From positions 38,936,001 to 39,000,000 of the forward strand of contig JANJGN010000002.1 of NCBI GenBank assembly GCA_026770705.1: a stretch of 64,000 bases of DNA, written 5' to 3'. Each line of letters opens with the position of its first letter. Position 1 is the first letter of the stretch. Positions 1-11,420 of the stretch are shown piece after piece. Below the pieces are notes generated by a model. It saw nothing but the letters and a program-made list of their open reading frames with translations. It did no database searches and had not been told where the DNA came from. Position numbers and translations under genes: made by a program. This stretch comes from Isurus oxyrinchus (Eukaryota).

Positions 1-829
1 AATTACTTATTAGGAATGGAATAGCCTACTATAGTAACCCATTTTTTTTTGAAGGAAAGTCATTAAGCATAAGTTGCTTGTGTTCACATGGCTGAAAAAT
101 GTTTGAATTGTCAGTGCTTCATTGAAAATTGGATAAATCCATTCTTTGTATGAAAGATAAGAACTGTTTCTTACATAGACATGGCCCATAAATGTTATAT
201 AAAACACTTCTATTGGGAGAGTTGAAAATTCAGTCATTAGCAAAATTATTCCCAGAAAATGCCATGACCCACAGCTCCTGGGAAGTGACAGAGAGAAAAA
301 GCCTGAAATAATTTAAGAAACAGCTGGGTGCCTTGATAGGAGACTAGTTTCTTTGTTGTATGGAAGCTAGAATGGGGCAAATTACTTTCCTTATCCATAT
401 GTATTTTGTGATCTGAAGGTCAAACTATGCTGGGATTTTTATGCACCAGCACTTATATTGTTTATTTTAACCAAAACATCAAAAAGATGGAAGTTGTACC
501 AAAGGAGCTGTGAGGAGTGATGACAAAAATCTTGGTCATGGAGGGCCTTAAAGGAAGAGAGGAAGGTTGAAAGACAGAAAGGCTTCGAGATGAAATTGGA
601 AAACTTGAGGTCAATGAAGGGAAGGGCATTGTGCTTAGTGAAATTCCAATAAATTTTTGAGCTTGGAGACTGATTGCTTTTTTTTTACCCGCATTCATTA
701 GCCCTCATGGCATATCATGGGTGATATTTTTGCTTATTGCCTTGGATGGAGGGTCCATCGGAAGAAGAGGAGCAGCAGCAGTCTCAATGAGGACAAGCAG
801 CAATCGGGCCTGTTAGAAGTTAGCAGGTG

Positions 830-2615
830 AGGGGGTTTGCTCACAGATGAACGTAACCAGCTCACAGGGCTTTTGGTCAAGTATCACTTTCCCTGATATG
901 ACTGAGGAGAGCTGCATGAAGAGGCTGCACTACACCATGCAGACTGTCACTGAGCTATGCAGCCTCCTGCCACAGGACCTGCCGTTTTCAGGCCCAGGTG
1001 ACTGACTATGCTGCACGTGGATGTCAAAGTCACCACATCGCTTAATCTTTTTGCCTCATGCTCCTTACTGTTTATTATAGGTGTCTTCACCCATGTCACT
1101 CTGTCTGCAATGTACATCTCCATAAAACAAGGCACTAATGCTCTATTTGTAGAGGAAACCAATACATCCTCTTTTATGTGGACACCAACAAATAAATTGA
1201 GAAAGCTATAAGATGGCTGACTCCTCGTATCTAGAGTATTGTAGACTTGTCATGACAGAGGATCACAGCCCGACTTACTTACGAGCTTATTGAATTTTTT
1301 AAGGAAGGCGTGTTTTTTAAAGAGGACATACAAGCAAAAGCTAGCTGAGAATGGAAAGTAACCACTTTCTGGAAAACTCCAACGTGGATTATACTTGACC
1401 AACTAGTCGAGTGAAAATGGAATGTCACACCTATAAAGGTATCAAAGGCTACTTCAGACAGAGACACTTGAAAGGAAAAATGCAACGCAAAAGACTGAAC
1501 TTTAATCTTCTGTGGTTGCCGAGACAATGGAGTCTGATTACTGTATCTCAGCAGAAACCATCTCCTTGTTGAGTTACATCTCAGAATATGGAAATGGTTT
1601 GAGTTGAAAGAAAGCAGATTGTGGGTGAAAGACATGTTTGTTTTTCCCTTCTAGGAATACACAAGAAAAAGGGTTAAAAAGCCAGCTGCAAACCTGATCG
1701 GTGTGTTCTAGTTCTGGTGTGCTAGTGTGTGCTGGGAATGTCACAGCAGAACAACATCAATGAGGCATCCCTGCAACTTGTAGATAAAAGTCTTTTCTCT
1801 CCCTCTGTAGCTGGAGGCACGTCAGCAAAGCCACATCGAAGAAGGAAATATCTCAACTCCTGCTGCTACCCTGCAGTACCAAGTGTCTCCAAACCAACTG
1901 CTCAACTGCCAAAATCAGCTCTACTGGAATCACCCAGCTTAAAAGCTGCAATGTTACACCATCTACTCCTAAAAGACAAGCCAAAGACTGATTCGTATAT
2001 CTTTTAAAACTTTTCTTTGGACTCAACTTTTCATTGCTGATCTGTGTGTATGCATGTTGTGTTTTTGTTATTTCTCCTTGGGTTTTTAGTAACTAATAAA
2101 CTCACTCTTTCTTTGGCACAAGACAGCCTGGTTAAATTGGTTCCTTCTAAAACATAAATACATTTGGACTGGGAAAAGGTATCCACAAGGGAAGCGATCC
2201 TTTTTAAATTAACCTTGTTGCGACCAACCGAGGGGGTTGAATTAAGTAGGGGAGCCAGCTGATTCCTCCTTATCCGGGAGCATAACAAAATTGGGGTCCC
2301 ACTCGGGAAGTTAATAATTTGGGTATCTTGTCTAGGATCATAACAAATTGGGGGACCTCAACAGCCAGAAGGGCTATTACTTAGTGTTTTACCACTGGGA
2401 AAAATAATGCATGTTTGTGCCAGTTTTGTGGGCAGCTCTCACAATACCTTCATTGTGTTGTTGAACATAAGAAAATTTCAGAGCCTCAATAGATCTTTGT
2501 AGTTCCCTACAATATGCCCCGCACAATGTATATTACACAACGTAGTGATATGGAGAGGGTTGCAGTTGAAGGGGGCAGAACAAGAGGAAGAGTCATCAAC
2601 TACTGAGGAAGCCTT
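830..2615 (+). pseudogene. Decayed PIF/Harbinger (HARBI1-like) transposase, interrupted by an LTR (1248-2360) and, at its acidic C-terminus, by the Penelope insertion
   Basis: Residual peptides LHVDVKVTTSLNLFASCS (~1011), IKQGTNALF, VCASFVGSSHNTFIV (~2412), LQYAP and LHNV resemble Harbinger DDE nuclease motifs; the acidic tail continues after 4445. Confidence 0.6.
1248..2287 (+). mobile_element. LTR (~1.04 kb) of an LTR retroelement, followed by tRNA-Pro-like PBS repeats
   Basis: Starts TGTCATG, ends CATAACA, AATAAA at ~2095; followed by TGGGG.. PBS-like sequence; 3' part similar to solo LTR 20934-22021. Confidence 0.65.
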
Positions 2616-2682
2616 AACAAAAACAAGAACAGAATTACCTGGAAAAACTCAGCAGGTCTGGCAGCATCGGCAGAGAAGAAAA

Positions 2683-2723
2683 GAGTTGACGTTTCGAGTC
2701 CTCATGACCCTTCGACAGAACTC
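2683..2723 (-). ncRNA. Minimal type I hammerhead ribozyme motif in PLE terminal repeat
   Basis: Reverse complement GAGUU CUGUCGA A GGGUC-AUGAG-GACUC GAAAC GUC AACUC: 5-bp stem I, 5-bp stem II, palindromic ACGU stem III, GUC triplet. Confidence 0.75.
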
Positions 2724-4286
2724 GAGTTCGAGTCCAAGAAAGAGTTGAAATATAAGCTGGTTTAAGGTGTGTGTGTGTGGGGGGGGGGGGGGGGGGGTGG
2801 GGGCGGAGAGAGAGAGAGAGAGGTTGGGGGGGGGTTGGGGGGTGGGGGGTTGGGGGTGTGGTTGTATGGACAAACAAGCAGTGATAGAAGCAGATCATCA
2901 AAATATGTCAGCGACAATGGTACGATAGAACACATAGGTGTTAAAGTTAAAGTTGGTGATATTATCTAAACAAATGTGCTAATTAAGAATGGATGGTAGG
3001 GCACTCAAGGTATAGCTCTAGTGGGGATGGGGACAGTATAAAAGATTAAAAAATTTTTTTTTAAAAAATAATGGAAATAGGTGGGAAAAGGAAAATTTAT
3101 TGGAAAAAAAAGGAAGGGGGAAACAGAAAGGGGGTGGGGATGGGGGAGGGAGCTCACGACCTAAAGTTGTTGAATTCAATATTCAGTCTGGAAGGCTGTA
3201 AAGTGCCTAGTCGGAAGATGAGATGTTGTTCCTCCAGTTTGCGTTGGGTTCACTGGAACAATGCAGCAAGCCAAGGACAGACATGTGGGCAAGGGAGCAG
3301 GGTGGAGTGTTAAAATGGCAAGCGACAGGGAGGTTTGGGTCATTCTTGCGGACAGACCGCAGGTGTTCTGCAAAGCAGTCACCCAGTTTACGTTTGGTCT
3401 CTCCAATGTAGAGGAGACCACATTGGGAGCAACGAATGCAGTAGACTAAGTTGGGGGAAATGCAAGTGAAATGCTGCTTCACTTGAAAGGAGTGTTTGGG
3501 TCCTTGGACGGTGAGGAGAGAGGAAGTGAAGGGGCAGGTGTTGCATCTTTTGCGTGGGCATGGGGTGGTGCCATAGGAGGGGGTTGAGGAGTAGGGGGTG
3601 ATGGAGGAGTGGACCAGGGTGTCCTCTACATTGGAGAGACCAAACGTAAACTGGGCGACCGCTTTGCAGAACACCTGCGGTCTGTCCGCAAGAATGACCC
3701 AAACCTCCCTGTCGCTTGCCATTTTAACACTCCACCCTGCTCCCTTGCCCACATGTCTGTCCTTGGCTTGCTGCATTGTTCCAGTGAAGCCCAACGCAAA
3801 CTGGAGGAACAACATCTCATCTTCCGACTAGGCACTTTACAGCCTTCCGGACTGAATATTGAATTCAACAACTTTAGGTCGTGAGCTCCCTCCCCCATCC
3901 CCACCCCCTTTCTGTTTCCCCCTTCCTTTTTTTTCCAATAAGTTATAAAGATTTTCCTTTTCCCACCTATTTCCATTATTTTAAAAAAAAATTTAATCTT
4001 TTATGCTCTCCCCACCCCCCACTAGAGCTATACCTTGAGTGCCCTACCATCCATTCTTAATTAGCACATTTGTTTAGATAATATCACCAACTTTAACTTT
4101 AACACCTATGTGTTCTTTTGTACTATTGTTGTTGACGTCTTTTGATGATCTGCTTCTATCACTGCTTGTTTGTCCCTACAACCACACCCCCACTACACTT
4201 CTCTCTCTCTCTCTCTCTCTCTCCATCCCCCACACACACACACCTTAAACCAGCTTATATTTCCACTCTTTCTTGGACTCGAACTC

Positions 4287-4327
4287 AAGTTCTGTCGAAG
4301 GGTCATGAGGACTCGAAACGTCAACTC
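4287..4327 (+). ncRNA. Minimal type I hammerhead ribozyme motif in PLE terminal repeat
   Basis: AAGTT CTGTCGA A GGGTC ATGAG GACTC GAAAC GTC AACTC; predicted cleavage after 4322. Confidence 0.75.
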
Positions 4328-4999
4328 TTTTCTTCTCCGCCGATGCTGCCAGACCTGCTGAGTTTTTCCAGGTAATTCTGTTTTTGTTTTTGTTTTGGAT
4401 TTCCAGCATCCGCAGTTTTTTTGTTTTTATCACTGAGGAAGCCTTGGCTGACAGTGAGGGAGAAGTAAAAGAATCAAAATGCATTGCAGCCAAGCAGATC
4501 AGGGATCAGTGGATGGAGCTTCCAGTCACCTGTTCATTCTTGTCTCCTGAAAAGACACGCAAGATCCCTCTGTATTAACAGTCGTCGTTTCCTCATTAAT
4601 CTTGAATTAAGGAGCATTGAAGCCATGCAGTCAATTTTTTATAAACGGTGAACAACGCAGACTCAGAAGCTGCACTGGAAAGCCTCTGCAAATCAAAGTG
4701 CCAGACGTGGGTGAGCCGATTTCAGAAGATGAGCGGTGCCTTGAAAGTTCCAATCTATTGAAGATTCCAGTCTCCCCAAGCCAGAGCCTAAAGTCTAGAA
4801 GTCAGCCATCTATTGCTATTGTAAGATTCTGGCTACAGCATTGCCTGAGCTGGCCTCTTGCTCCATGCTAGAGCAAGGAGTGGTATTGCCATATGGGATG
4901 ATATCACACAAGCTGGAGATGGACTCCTCAGCAATTTGAGCCATGCTGCTGAAAATCCTCGACGTCAAATGCATTGCATAACTATTTGTGTGGTACCTG

Positions 5000-5620
5000 C
5001 TCCAGTTCACGATACTTCATCTTGTGCAAATCCCTGTAATTTACTGAGGGTGCCAATTTCTGTGCTGTTTCTGAAATGGGTTGATGATGTCTCATCAGGA
5101 GGTGCTCTCTCCTCCAAGTAAGACCAAGCTGTCTTCCACTGCAGGGTTTGCTACTGGAGAAGGACCTAGAGGAGAAAGAAAAAAGGAAAGTTAGCCTGCA
5201 CATTTGCTAGCAGATGACAGGCTTCACACTGGCAGCTTTGTCAAGCTGAGGTAGAGGAAGGGACATGAGTAATGAGTAAAAGCGCTGTTCAGATAAGCCC
5301 ATAGCCTCCAAATTTTCAGCACAGAAAGCCCTCAAGGGGTTACTTGCCTGAAGAGCCTGCTGCTCCAGCTTGGACAGGTGCATAATGTTGGCTGATGATC
5401 CCCTCCCTAGTGATGTATGCCAATTTCTAGTTTAGGAAGAGAAGAAGATAGCCAAGGCGATCTGGGGAAATGGAATAACAGTTTGTGAGTTTTTGCACAG
5501 TTCAGCCATGAAAGGCAGAACAGGTCCGAGAAGCTGAATGCCCCTTTCTCGTCATACGAAGCTATGTTCTTTGTCCATAAAATCTTCCTGCCAGAGTATG
5601 AAACCATCTTGGCAACAGTG
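5000..5620 (-). pseudogene. Possible decayed Myb/SANT-type second ORF of the Harbinger element
   Basis: EKGAFSFSD.. resembles the 'RAPRFSD' N-terminus of Harbinger Myb proteins; convergent to the transposase remnant; weak. Confidence 0.3.
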
Positions 5621-7217
5621 AGTGCAATTTCCCTTTAGGAGATACGTTCCCACTTTAAACCTGGAGCCTTGCCGGAAATTGCGCTCTGAAAATGGGCAGG
5701 CTTCCTCTTCCTGATGCGAACGGGTGGTAAACCTGCCAGACAAATTGAAATAAGCTCTGGTAGTTAAAATATCTCAAATCTGAAATTTTGGCCAGGTAGA
5801 GTGTCTTGGTCTTCGTCTGTCTGAAACCTGCTCTGGATTAAAATGACCACATCAGATAAGATTTAGCATTTTTTTTAAGCTTGGATCTAATTTTGAATTT
5901 GACAAAGCTAAAACAGGAGGGGATAAGCCAAGCTTTAAAATTGGAAGCATGATTCCACCTTGTTTAATAATGTAAAATAAAAAAAACAAGCCAATAAAAT
6001 CACAGTCCCCTTCATCATCTTGCTTTCATCCTGTTCTTTTTTCATCAAATGACCGACACGTTTGCAGATTGATTATAATACGAGCTGTAAAAGTTTAGCT
6101 TTTCTGAAAGCATGCTGTGCGAAAGAATCAATTCCCACCACTGGAGATCTGCCTCCCCTTTCCAGGACAAAAGATAAAGTATGAAGTTAAACGGGTGTTA
6201 AAATGCGCATTGATAAGCAGGAGTGCTCTGTGTGAGGAGGCTCTGCAGGGACAGGGGAGTGACAGGGGTGCTGTGGGGGTAGTTGGGTGTTTGGGGGTGT
6301 TGCTTTTGGCAGCACTGATGTGAACCTGCACTTTTACTGGCGGCCAAATTAGCTACAGTTGCACAAGTTCAGACTGCTTCACAGAGGGAAAAACCAAACT
6401 CCATTCACAAACCACTAATTAAAAAACTTTCACTGCTGCTTCATCACTGCAACAAAGGTTATGGTGGTTTCTGAAGAAATTTCCCTATTCATTGGTCTAC
6501 CCTACACACAGTCACACAAACAAAAAAGACATAAAATTCCCATGCTACCTATTTTCAAGTGACTCTACAAGTGTTTTTCACAATGAAAGCAACAATTTCC
6601 ATGGCCGTCTCAGCAACGACTAGCTTCAAAAATGAATTGCAGTGAGATTATTGGTCATGACAGGTGAATAAATCCCACCACCTCCTTCACAACTTAGCTG
6701 CTAAATACTTTGTTTCAGTGTCTTAGAAATGATTTCTTGAAAGAAGTGAATGGATTTTACACTTTTTATGTTTTGTTGTGATGCAAATGATAAGTTGGAC
6801 CAGAGGGACCTGCAGTTTTAGAAAAGTAATCTGTAGTTTACAACATTTCAATCTGTCAGGTCTGGGCATGTGGTGGTGGGGGAGTGGGCGGTGGAGGGGT
6901 TTGCGGTGGGGGTTGTGGGGGAGGGGGTGCAGAGGTTATAGAAAAGTTCTGAATGTAGCCTTTACATTGGTGGACACAACAGGGAAAGGCAGACCCACTA
7001 AATACCAATGAAACTCACTAAACATTAAGGAGCCTTACCAACCAGCAGGAAAACTCATCAGGCAAGATCATGAAACATCAATCAGACTCATCGTACATCT
7101 GGACAACCCACTTAGCATCAGGAGACTAGCCAAACATGAGGACAACTCACCATATACAACTGAGTAGGAAGAATCTTAATATCTAGTTTGGACCAGGATA
7201 AGCAATAGGAGATTACA

Positions 7218-7421
7218 ACAGAGATAAAAACAAAAAAACTGCGGATGCTGGAAATCCAAAACAAAAACAAAAACAGAATTACCTGGAAAAACTCAGCAGG
7301 TCTGGCAGCATCGGTGGAGAAGAAAAGAGTTGACGTTTTGAGTCCTCATGACCCTTCGACAGAACAGAACAGCTGTCGAAGGGTCATGAGGACTCGAAAC
7401 GTCAACTCTTTTCTTCTCCAT
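7218..7421. mobile_element. Miniature PLE hairpin insertion (terminal repeat plus inverted hammerhead copy only)
   Basis: Complete PLE 3' end on minus strand; 48-bp arms 7315-7362 and 7373-7420 with a 10-nt loop; TSD TAGGAGATTACA at 7206-7217 and 7422-7433. Confidence 0.9.
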
Positions 7422-7669
7422 TAGGAGATTACATCCAGCTAGGGATAAGTAAATAGTGCACCACATTTGATATCTCCTTAGCAACTAAGACAATGGAGAT
7501 GTTAATGTAAAGTAAGAAGTAAGACAGAGAAAAGGAGAAACTTTTCCTTATAAATGTCTGTGTGACTGTGGAATGTATACTATTGAAGTTAGCGATTGAA
7601 GCAGAAATCATGCCAATTCTTAATAGGTTGGAGAGGTGGGTAAAGAAAAGGAAAAAAAGAGAACTATCA

Positions 7670-8169
7670 TCTATTTATCACAAGTCAGGAGTGGGATGGA
7701 ATACTCTCCATTTGCCTAGATGAGTGCAGCTCCAACAACACTCAAGAAGCTGGACACCATCCAGGACAAAGCAGCTCGCTTGATTGGCACCACACCCACA
7801 AACATTCACTCCCCTCACCATCTACAAAATGCACTGCAGCAACTCACCAATGCTCCTTAGATAGCACCTTCCAAACCCACGACCACCACCACCTAGAAGG
7901 ATAAGGGCAGCAGACACGTGGGAACACCGCCGCCTGCAAGTTCCCCTCCAAGCCACACAGCATCCTGACTTGGAAATATATCGCCGTTCCTTCACTGCCA
8001 CTGGGTCAAAATCCTGGAGCTCCATCCCTAACAGCACTGTGGGTGTACCTACACCACTGCAGCGGTTCAAGAAGGCAGCTCACCACCACCTTCTCAAGTG
8101 CAATTAGGGATGGGCAATAAATGCGGGCCTAGCCAGCGACGCCCACATCCCATGAATGAACAAAAAAAA
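7670..8169 (+). mobile_element. 5'-truncated copy of the LINE family seen at 56772-59956
   Basis: Matches the 3' ORF2 end (MEYSP..LKKLD..QDKA) and the tail GGCAATAAATGC..CCCACATCCCATGAATGAA+A-run. Confidence 0.85.
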
Positions 8170-8534
8170 CTTAATATACCCATCATCTATGATATACATT
8201 CACTCACTCACTTTTCCAGAACCACTTTATCCAATTCAGGGTTGCGTGTCTATGACATACAATTACTTAATCCATCCAAATCTTCAACAGAAATATCTGA
8301 TTGAACCAGAAGATAGTTTACAGCAGCACTCTTTCATGATGTAATTAGGCATTGAAAAGCCCTTTTTTAAAAGGATGATTTTAACACCATCTCCCAGTAT
8401 AGTCGATTAATCAACTAAAGAACTGTGCCACACAGTGGCGGGTGTTGGTTCTTACTCTTTGGTCCCGAAATGATAAGTTGTCTTCATCAGTTTGTCAAGG
8501 AAAGGTAGCAAGCTGAGTATTACAATATCACAGT

Positions 8535-8985
8535 ATCTTTACAGTGCAGTTGGAGGCCATTCTCCCCATCGAGTCTGCACTGGCTCTCTGAAAGAGCATT
8601 CCACCTAATCCCAGTCCCCTGCCTTATCCCCGTAATCTTGCACATTCTTTCCTTTCAGGTAACAATCCAATTCCCTTTTGAATACCTCAATTGAACCTGC
8701 TTTCACCACCCTTTCAGGAAGTTTGTTCCAGAGCCCAGCCACCCTCTGGGTGAAAATCTTTTTCCTCACGTCACATTTACTCCTTTTGTCAATTATTTTG
8801 AATCTGTGCCCTCTAGTTCTTGATGTTCTTTTGAGTGGGAATAGTTTCTTACTGTTTACTTTGTCCATACCCCTCAGGATCTTGAATACCTCTATAAAGT
8901 ATCCTCTCAGCCTTCTGTTCTCCAAGGAAAAGAGTCCTAACCTCTCCAGTCTATCCTCATAGCTATAGTTCTTTATCCCTGGACC
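8535..8985 (-). mobile_element. CR1 LINE 3' fragment
   Basis: ORF 8605-8925 RRLRGYFIEVFKILRG..TRGH..FTQRVAGLWNKLP, typical CR1 ORF2 C-terminus. Confidence 0.85.
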
Positions 8986-10834
8986 ATAAATCCTGAGACC
9001 ATAAATAGGGAAGGAAAATCAATAGAGTCACCATCTTGCACCCCTTATGAATTACATAGGATGAGAGCATGGAGTGCAAACAATAGGGAAATCCAAATGG
9101 AGTAAGGATGTGGGAAACTTTTTTTAATGGGTATGGATCTGTCTGTAGTGCACAGATTTATTTAACCGCGTGCTTTATAATAGGAAATTGGGCAAATAGA
9201 TGCTGCCTTCCTAATAAAGGCTCATAGGCATTCCTTTGTATACTTAGTGGATATCTTCTATCACGTGAATGTTTCCACCAGATGATAAGCCTAGAACAAG
9301 GCACAGAATTGGGATAGAAGGTTGAGATCAGATGTTTGCTTTGAAAATCTTGATAGCTAATGCCTTCAATTTATGAGAAACAGAAGCAAGTGAAAAAACA
9401 GCCTATTAAAACATGTAGTTTTTAAGTTCAGCAATTTTGGTCCAGCCCACTCAAAAGAGCAGAACATTTGGTCTTAAACTGAAATATAGGAAGCAACTCA
9501 ACAAGTGGATTGAAAGCCTAAAAATCTTCTCAGAAGTGCATTACTCTTTTTTGCCTGTGTTAGTTTGCAAGGTATTATGGAATGATGAGAGTAGTTGTTT
9601 TTCTGAAACCCCACTGAATTGTCTCAAATGACAGGGATTTTTTTCCCTTGGTTATAATGAGGGTCAAAGGGTTTTAACAGTGAAACGAAAGTTTGACCCT
9701 TGGATTGAGGGTCACTTAGCATTCCTTATATAGTCCCTTTCAGAACTTACACATGCAGAGATTTGTTTCACACAAATTTTTCAGTTCAAAAATGAGCAGA
9801 AAGCAAACAAAAAACGTTTTATTTTTAATTCTGCTTTTTGTTCAAACAAGTTCCTATCCTATTTCAGCTTGAGAACTCGTCTGGAGGGAAACACAGTATA
9901 AAAACAAAGCATTATGTTGCTGCTCTAACACAATGTTGTGATGTGACTATATGTTCAAGAGCAACTTTCTGGATGAGGCACAAAGTGCAAGGGGGAGGGG
10001 AAATGGCCAAGCATTGTAAAGCTTCGCCTCCTTTAAGATTTTATTGTCTTCTCAATCTGTTAGTTCATTGAATACCAACAAAAGCAAGCACACAAAGGAA
10101 TACAGGAAGGCATTGAATTGATGCTGAACTTTTTGAAAAAAAAGTGGGAGCTTATTGGAGGAGATTGATTCGCTAAGAGTAAATACCATCAGAATCCTAA
10201 AATTGTGAAAGTTGAGGATTCTGTTTTCAAATGATCTGTAAGTCGTATTTCCTCCCTTTAGATGTAAAATACAAAAATAAAGACATAGATAGTTCCTAAC
10301 TAGGGTAGCTAGTGTTGATGACAAATTTGAAAAATAATATGCCATTATCTTTTGCTTGTGCTGGTTATAAAATAATTGATTTTGACCTAAGATTACAAGC
10401 TCTCTCTGAGTGCCACACGAGTAAGTCTATAATCTCACAACAGGAACATCTTTACCACTTTCTAGCAGTCATTAGAAACTTGTTTTCGCAGGCAGTTTAT
10501 AGAGCAGTATTTTGCTTACTCCGTTTTACAGTTTTCTTTATCTGCTACAATTGAAGGCATCACAGTGATGGATGACTCTTGCCCTGAACTGTAAAAAGCA
10601 AGGGGGGCAATTAGGCCTCGAAAGGGCATTTCCATGAATAAAGGTTTGGCCATTTTCATTGTTTGCAAGGACACGATGTAGTGAATAAATTTATCATTAT
10701 TTATTTAAGTCACATGGAAATGGACCATCTTGTTGGTTGTGAGTGGCACCATTATGACCGCAAAAACTGGCTTGCTAACACATTTTTCACAATGACCTCC
10801 TTCAATAGAAAATATGACACAGGATATTTAAAGA

Positions 10835-10945
10835 AGAAAGACATGTTTATATAGCACCTTTCATGACCTCAGGATGTCCCAAAGTGTGTTGCAACCAAGT
10901 TGTGTTTTTCCACATGCAGCCACTGTGTAATGCAGGAAATTGCAA
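10835..10945 (-). mobile_element. SINE/L2-type 3' tail fragment
   Basis: TTTATATAGCACCTTTCATGACCTCAGGATGTCCCAAAG, similar to 43180-43270. Confidence 0.5.
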
Positions 10946-11004
10946 GTTTTTTATTCCATTTAAAGAGTTGACCAGGACTGTGCCATTTTGATTCTGCCTG
11001 GTTA

Positions 11005-11420
11005 GGGCAATAGCAGCTGATCAATGGGTTCTGAAAAGGTCCCTTGTTCAGTCCCTAGTCTGTACTAAGATAGCTGAACCTCAAATGGGACTGCAATAGG
11101 AACTACAATTGGCACCATTGCCCTGGGCTGCCAGGAAAATCAAACAGAACTCCTACTCCCGAACACCATTCTGTGATCTATGCTAGGAAGTGCACACACA
11201 AGGGTTAAGGGATGGGGTGATGGTGAGGGGATGTGTGTCCACAGGGCAAGGCCAGGACTGTGATGGCCCAAGCAACTGAATAACAGCGAGGACTCATTAT
11301 CAAGATTAAAGCATGAATAATATAGCCAGTTGATGAAGGGATCAACATGTGTGGAAATGTATGCCAAGAAAGTATCAGCTTACCTTTATAAGAAGAGGAG
11401 GATGTGGGAGAGTAACAGTA
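11005..11420 (+). mobile_element. Old tRNA-derived SINE (related copies ~12445-12545, 23685-24700 split, 28568-29350 split, 48180-48250)
   Basis: Recurring TCCC.GGTT..TCCC..GTCTGT..(T)GAGTTAGCTGA..ACAATTG..CCCTGGGCT motif. Confidence 0.5.

Larger units (their letters stand above)
2616..4431. mobile_element. Penelope-like element, head-to-head inverted dimer #1 (minus arm 2616-3624, plus arm 3622-4431)
   Basis: Both arms encode the GIY-YIG C-terminus (..LYIGETKRKL..GLNIEFNNFRS*); arms are reverse complements; 14-bp TSD ACTGAGGAAGCCTT at 2602-2615 and 4432-4445. Confidence 0.95.

Noticed and set aside
3207-3815. 202-aa ORF crossing the centre of dimer #1
   Set aside because: Antisense right arm fused to the truncated GIY-YIG left arm; junction artefact
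4368-4406. Splice donor/acceptor pair in the PLE terminal repeat (CAG|GTAATT..TTCCAG)
   Set aside because: Implied intron (~35 nt) is too short; the donor could be used with a distal acceptor but this cannot be shown here
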